Of a stretch of DNA of 64,000 nt, positions 58,858 through 64,000 are shown one piece after another (the stretch's first letter is position 1; the number at the start of each line of letters is the position of its first letter). Origin of the DNA: Macrostomum lignano (lineage: Eukaryota). The stretch is taken from positions 62,001 through 126,000 of the forward strand of contig NIVC01002605.1 of NCBI GenBank assembly GCA_002269645.1. The letters run 5' to 3'. The notes beneath the pieces are model-generated. The model searched no databases. It was not told the DNA's origin and saw only the letters and a list, made by a program, of their open reading frames with translations. The position numbers and the translations under genes are program-made.

Positions 58858-59059
58858 CTGGCAGGTTTAATAGAAATATAATGATTAGGGCGGCTATAGG
58901 ATGTAAGTAGACATCCTTTTACAGAACCTCTAAACCTTTCAAGTTCATATCTTCTATACATAGCGACTTTTCAAAGCTAGCATATTCTTCACTTTATTGC
59001 AAGTACGCCATTTTAAAAAGCACAATACACCTGCATTAAAAGTGAAGTGTCATTTCTAT

Positions 59060-60050
59060 AGCGAAAAGTGCCATTTTCTAAGTAGATAGTGCCATTTTTA
59101 AAGTGGAAATCGTCACTTTCTAAGTGGAAAGCGCCATTTCCAAAGTGAAAATGCCATTTTCAAAGCAGAAAGCGCCATTTCCAAAGTAAAAAGTGCCATT
59201 TTCAAAGCAGAAAGCGCCATTTTCAAAGTGAAAAGCGCCATTTTCAAAGTGAAAAGCGCCATTTCCAAAGTGAAAAGCGCCATTTCCAACGTGAAAAGTG
59301 CCATTTTCAAAGCAGAAAGCGACATTTCCTAAGTAAAAAGTGCCATTTTCAAAGCAGAAGCGCAATTTCCAACGTGAAAAGTGCCATTTCCAAAGCAGAA
59401 AGCGCCATTTTCAAAGAGAAAAGTGCCATTTTCAAAGCAGAAAGCGACATTTCCTAAGTAAAAAGTGCCATTTTCAAAGCAGAAAGCGCCATTTCCTAAG
59501 TGAAAGTGCCATTTCCAAAGCAGAAAGCGCCATTTTCAACGAGAAAAGTGCCATTTTTAAAGCAGAAAGCGCCATTTCCTAAGTAAAAAGTGCCATTTTC
59601 AAAGCAGAAAGCTCCATTTCCAAAGTGAAAATGCCATTTTCAAAGCAGAAGCGCAATTTCCAACGTGAAAAGTGTTATTTTCAAAGCAGAAAGCGCCATT
59701 TCCAAAGTGAAAATGCCATTTTCAAAGCAGAAGCGCAATTTCCAACGTGAAAAGTGCCATTTTCAAAGCAGAAGCGCAATTTCCAACGTGAAAAGTGTTA
59801 TTTTCAAAGCAGAAAGCTCCATTTCCAAAGTGAAAATGCCATTTTCAAAGCAGAAGCGCAATTTCCAACGTGAAAAGTGTTATTTTCAAAGCAGAAAGCG
59901 CCATTTCCAAAGTGAAAATGCCATTTTCAAAGCAGAAGCGCAATTTCCAACGTGAAAAGTGCCATTTTCAAAGCAGAAGCGCAATTTCCAACGTGAAAAG
60001 TGTTATTTTCAAAGCAGAAAGCGCCATTTCCAAAGTGAAAATGCCATTTC
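59060..60050. repeat. Intronic minisatellite, ~21-22 bp (gccattttcaaagcagaaagc)
   Basis: Tandem copies. Confidence 0.95.
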
Positions 60051-60088
60051 AAACTGTAAAGTGCTGATTCACATACGACAACACTCAC

Positions 60089-60679
60089 CGTCCCCAAGCG
60101 GATCCAGGCAGGTCATCTGGTAGCCGTGCAGGAAGGCCAGCTCAGCTGGCAGCCGGTCAGCTTGCCGACGCTGCCTAACGAAGGCCACCCAGACCAGGGC
60201 GGTGCGGGCGCTCACAGTCAGCCGGCCATCGTCTGTTGGCGCCGCCTTGGCCGCTTCGGTCAGCAGGTCGGCCATAGGCTTGGCCAGATGGGCCAACTGT
60301 TGGCCAAGATTTCTGGCTACAATCGGCAGCAGAGAGGCCGGCTGAGGACACCAGATCTCCGTGAACCGGTTGCGCAAAGCCGGTGATAGTTCCTTTTTGC
60401 CGAAATCGCCGCCAGGGTTCATTGTGGCCACTAGGCGAAATTCTGGCAAAGCTTTCAATACTTCGACTGTGTTGCCGCCGTCGCCGGTGCGAGAGCGCTC
60501 GGCCAGCACCAGCTCGCGCTCCGGCTCCAGCACGCTGTTCAGTCGCTCCAGCACCGAGTCGTCAGCTAAGGAGATCTCGTCAACTAGAAGGTCGGCGCCG
60601 CGGCGCATCGCCTGGACTAGGACTCCGTCGACCCATTCAAACATTGGAATGACCGGCTGCGATTGTTGCTCCTCCGAGG
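60089..60679 (-). CDS. MDN1: Midasin exon (AAA D4, second half)
   Basis: FEWVDGVLVQAM...DEISLADDSVLERLNSVLEPER...NPGGDFGKKELSPALRNRFTEIW. Confidence 0.97.
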
Positions 60680-60975
60680 CTGAAATTTATTATAGTAGAG
60701 TAATTTTACTTCCAAAAACTATGCATGCTACTTACAACGAACCTAAGTAGTGTAACTAGTGCGTGTGCAGTAAAATCAAATGCGAAGCATAAATTTAGGT
60801 TAAACTCGTCTATCTTATCTCATATCAGCATACAATTTCAGAGACGAAATGAGGGGGATAGAGGGGGGTAGAGGGGAGAGAGACGGGATGAGAGATCGAA
60901 GAGAGGGGATAGATAACTGAGAAGAGACCTTGAGCGACCCCCCGACATTGGACCCATTTCATAATGAACACTCAC

Positions 60976-61467
60976 CGTCAATCCGCCGCTCCCTGACAGG
61001 CCTCAGGCTGCCAAGAAAGTCAGCAGCCTCAGTATTCATGTGACAATTCAGTGTCAGCAGATCCTGGCGCCGCATTTCAGCCAGAGCTTGGCACACCGTA
61101 GTCTTGCCAACGCCTGTCGGTCCGATCAGCAGAGCCGGCTCGCCGAATTTCTGACAGTTGCCAAGCAGCACGCACAGCCGGCGCAATTCGCGAGTCCAGG
61201 CCAGCTGTTGATGAGAAGCTTCATCATCACCAGCATCAGCATCATTAGCCAGAGCAGTGCGACAGTCTGTTAAAATCTGCTTACTAACTGGCGATGTTTT
61301 ATCGTGCAAATCGAACAGTTCCGACTCGGATAGGCGACGTCGGAATACCGACTCCAGCACCGACTGAACGTCGGCAGCGTCGGTTGGATCGCGGGCCCGA
61401 CCGGCTAGGAGCAGGTAGCCCTGCTCAGCTAGGAACTGGTCCCAGTCGAACAGGGTCTGCTTTGAGT
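60976..61467 (-). CDS. MDN1: Midasin exon (D3 end, AAA D4 Walker A)
   Basis: QGYLLLAGRAR...GEPALLIGPTGVGKTT...NCHMNTEAADFLGSLRP. Confidence 0.96.
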
Positions 61468-62063
61468 CTGCGAGTGAAGTAATGTTAATTTTGCTTTGAA
61501 GACCACATATTATAACGGGTGTCTAGTCAGGGACAGTGGCAGACGGTTGCAACTAACACAGATAAAACTACAAGATGACACGGTACAAGTAGGCAAAAAT
61601 TCATTAAAAAGTCGCCCAATCAATCTTTTTAAAACGTTTTATCGTTTGTAACTCTGAAACGACTCTGGAGACGTACGTAGAGTCGCGCTTCTGCGTCAAT
61701 TTCATGAATCAGAATCGTATTTCGCATTTATAACAAACTCTATTTAGTCTACTTGACTTAGTAGACAGTTAAGCGCTAACAAAACGACTCTTGGACGAAT
61801 TTTTTGCAACTCTCTTCTCTGTCGCATTACAACCGATTTGAGTTGTTAAAAAGTCACAAGAGTCACTAGAGAGTTGTAATTGCAATGACTTTAGCGATTC
61901 TTGTCATGGTAACGTTTTCAACTGGGTGATTTAGCTGTTTAGTCTGTACCCTGTCTCTGTATAATTTATTAATTATTTTATTTATAGAATAGTCCCAAAC
62001 AGACTACTGACGAGTAGAAAAACACGATATTGGAGGAAAAGTTCACAAAAAAAGAATCCAAAC

Positions 62064-62526
62064 CTGGCAAAGTAAACAGCCGATGCCGCTCAGCCCATCG
62101 GAACAGATCCCTGAGCGTGACAAATCCGTCCTTGCCCTGGAATATCCCCGTCCGCTTGCGCCTCGCCTGCAGCTGGTGCATTGCTTCTACTAGTTTAGCG
62201 CAACGCGACAACGGCAAGTCGCAACGCCGCTGCAGTATGAGCTCCAGCTCCGGCCTGGGTATCGGTTGAAAATGCAGCTCAACAAATCGATTGCGCAGAG
62301 CTCTGGACAGTCGTTTCCGACCGCCGTACAGGCCGGGCGGATTCTGAGTAGCAAACAGCATGAAGTGAGGATGAGCTCGGATTGTGTCCTGAGTCTCAGC
62401 TACGAATAGCTCACGATTGTCGTCTAGAACTCGATTGAGAGCTTCGAGCACGTCGCTGGCCGCCAGGTTCAGTTCGTCTAGCACTATCCAGGAGCCGCGG
62501 CGCATCGCTTGCACGAGCGGGCCCTC
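62064..62526 (-). CDS. MDN1: Midasin exon (AAA D3); gene continues beyond the window
   Basis: WIVLDELNLAASDVLEALNRVLDDNREL...TQNPPGLYGGRKRLSRALRNRF...TLRDLFRWAER. Confidence 0.97.
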
Positions 62527-62619
62527 CTGCAGGTGGAGGCCAAGGACTAGTTAGCAGAGGATAATTATCCTTAAGAGGATAGTTATAACTGGCAATATCT
62601 GTTGCTAGGGTGGTTTAGC

Positions 62620-63890
62620 AAAGGCATCCTAATGGCCTAATTTGATAGGGGTAGTTTAGCAAAGCCATCCTAAGGGCCTAATTTAATAGGGGTAGTTTAG
62701 CAAAGCCATCCTAATGGCCTAATTCGATAGGGGTAGTTTAGCAACAGCATCCTAATGGCCTAATTTGATAGGGGTAGTTTAGCAACAGCATCCTAATGGC
62801 CTAATTTGATAGGGGTAGTTTAGCAACAGCATCCTAATGGCCTAATTTGATAGGGGTAGTTTAGCAACAGCATCCTAATGGCCTAATTTGATAGGGGTAG
62901 TTTAGCAAAGCCATCCTAATGGCCTAATTTGATAGGGGTAGTTTAGCAACAGCATCCTAATGGCCTAATTTGATAGGGGTAGTTTAGCAACAGCATCCTA
63001 ATGGCCTAATTTAATAGGGGTAGTTTAGCAAAGCCATCCTAATGGCCTAATTCGATAGGGGTAGTTTAGCAACAGCATCCTAATGGCCTAATTTGATAGG
63101 GGTAGTTTAGCAACAGCATCCTAATGGCCTAATTTGATAGGGGTAGCTTAGCAACAGCATCCTAATGGCCTAATTTGATAGGGGTAGTTTAGCAACAGCA
63201 TCCTAATGGCCTAATTTGAGAGGGGTAGTTTAGCAACAGCATCCTAATGGCCTAATTTGATAGGGGTAGTTTAGCAACAGCATCCTAATGGCCTAATTTG
63301 ATAGGGGTAGTTTAGCAACAGCATCCTAATGGCCTAATTTGAGAGGGGTAGTTTAGCAAAGCCATCCTAATGGGCTAATTTGATAGAGGTAGTTTAGCAA
63401 CAGCATCCTAATGGCCTAATTTGATAGGGGTAGTTTAGCAACAGCATCCTAATGTCCTAATTTGATGGGGTAGTTTAGTAACAGCATTCTAATGGCCTAA
63501 TTTGATAGGGGTAGTTTAGTAACAGCATCCTAATGTCTAATTTGATGGGGTAGTTTAGTAACAGCATCCTAATGGTCTTATTTGATGGGGTAGTTTAGCA
63601 ACAGCATCCTAATGGGCTAATTTGATAGGGGTAGTTTAGCAACAGCATCCTAATGTCCTAATTTGATGGGGTAGTTTAGTAACAGCATTCTAATGGCCTA
63701 ATTTGATAGGGGTAGTTTAGTAACAGCATCCTAATGGCCTAATTTGATGGGGTAGTTTAGTAACAGCATCCTAATGGTCTTATTTGATGGGGTAGTTTAG
63801 CAACAGCATCCTAATGGCCTAATTTGATGGGGTAGTTTAGCAACAGCATCCTAATGGTCTAGTTTGATGGGGTAGTTTAGCAACAGCATC
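62620..63890. repeat. Intronic minisatellite, 41 bp (atcctaatggcctaatttgataggggtagtttagcaacagc)
   Basis: ~31 tandem copies. Confidence 0.96.
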
Positions 63891-64000
63891 CTAATAGCTC
63901 AATAGTCACACTGAATGTGATATCCTTAGCTATCACATACCAATAGCCAGACAGAGTAGGGCATCTTAAAACTTCCACATTCGAATAGCCACAGAGACCA

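Noticed and set aside
32024-60067. Numerous repeat-peptide ORFs in MDN1 introns (SHTPSPV, SECGIGI, CDLVPV, KITPESH, KMALFTL etc.)
   Set aside because: All are translations of intronic minisatellites

Overview
This is eukaryotic (animal) genomic DNA. GC-rich exons and introns filled with minisatellites resemble the flatworm Macrostomum, but the species is my inference only. Two host genes lie on the minus strand. The first is an INPP5K/J-like inositol polyphosphate 5-phosphatase with two tandem SKICH domains (coding exons 6943 down to 1881, 3' end unresolved). The second is the 3' ~4,180 codons of midasin (MDN1), modelled by hand as 22 phase-consistent exons from 62526 down to 21537 (AAA D3-D6, linker, acidic tail, MIDAS). 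Two large, young-looking DNA transposons interrupt the locus. (1) A 13.5-kb Mutator/Foldback (FB-NOF-like) element at 7088-20604 has an 8-bp TSD, ~1.4-kb near-identical TIRs continued inward by inverted satellite arrays, a DDE transposase, a spliced USP (peptidase C19) deubiquitinase and an unknown antisense ORF. (2) An 11.1-kb CMC/EnSpm (CACTA-like) element at 43331-54399 sits in an MDN1 intron, with CCCG...CGGG TIRs, a 2-bp TSD and TCCGG subterminal arrays. It encodes a transposase, a BEN-domain protein and a mini CtIP/Sae2-like protein (CxxC plus RHR motif). That CtIP-like passenger is the most striking observation. Most MDN1 introns carry their own minisatellite, and in two places the same minisatellite flanks exons in inverted orientation. 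I found no rRNA, tRNA or CRISPR array.
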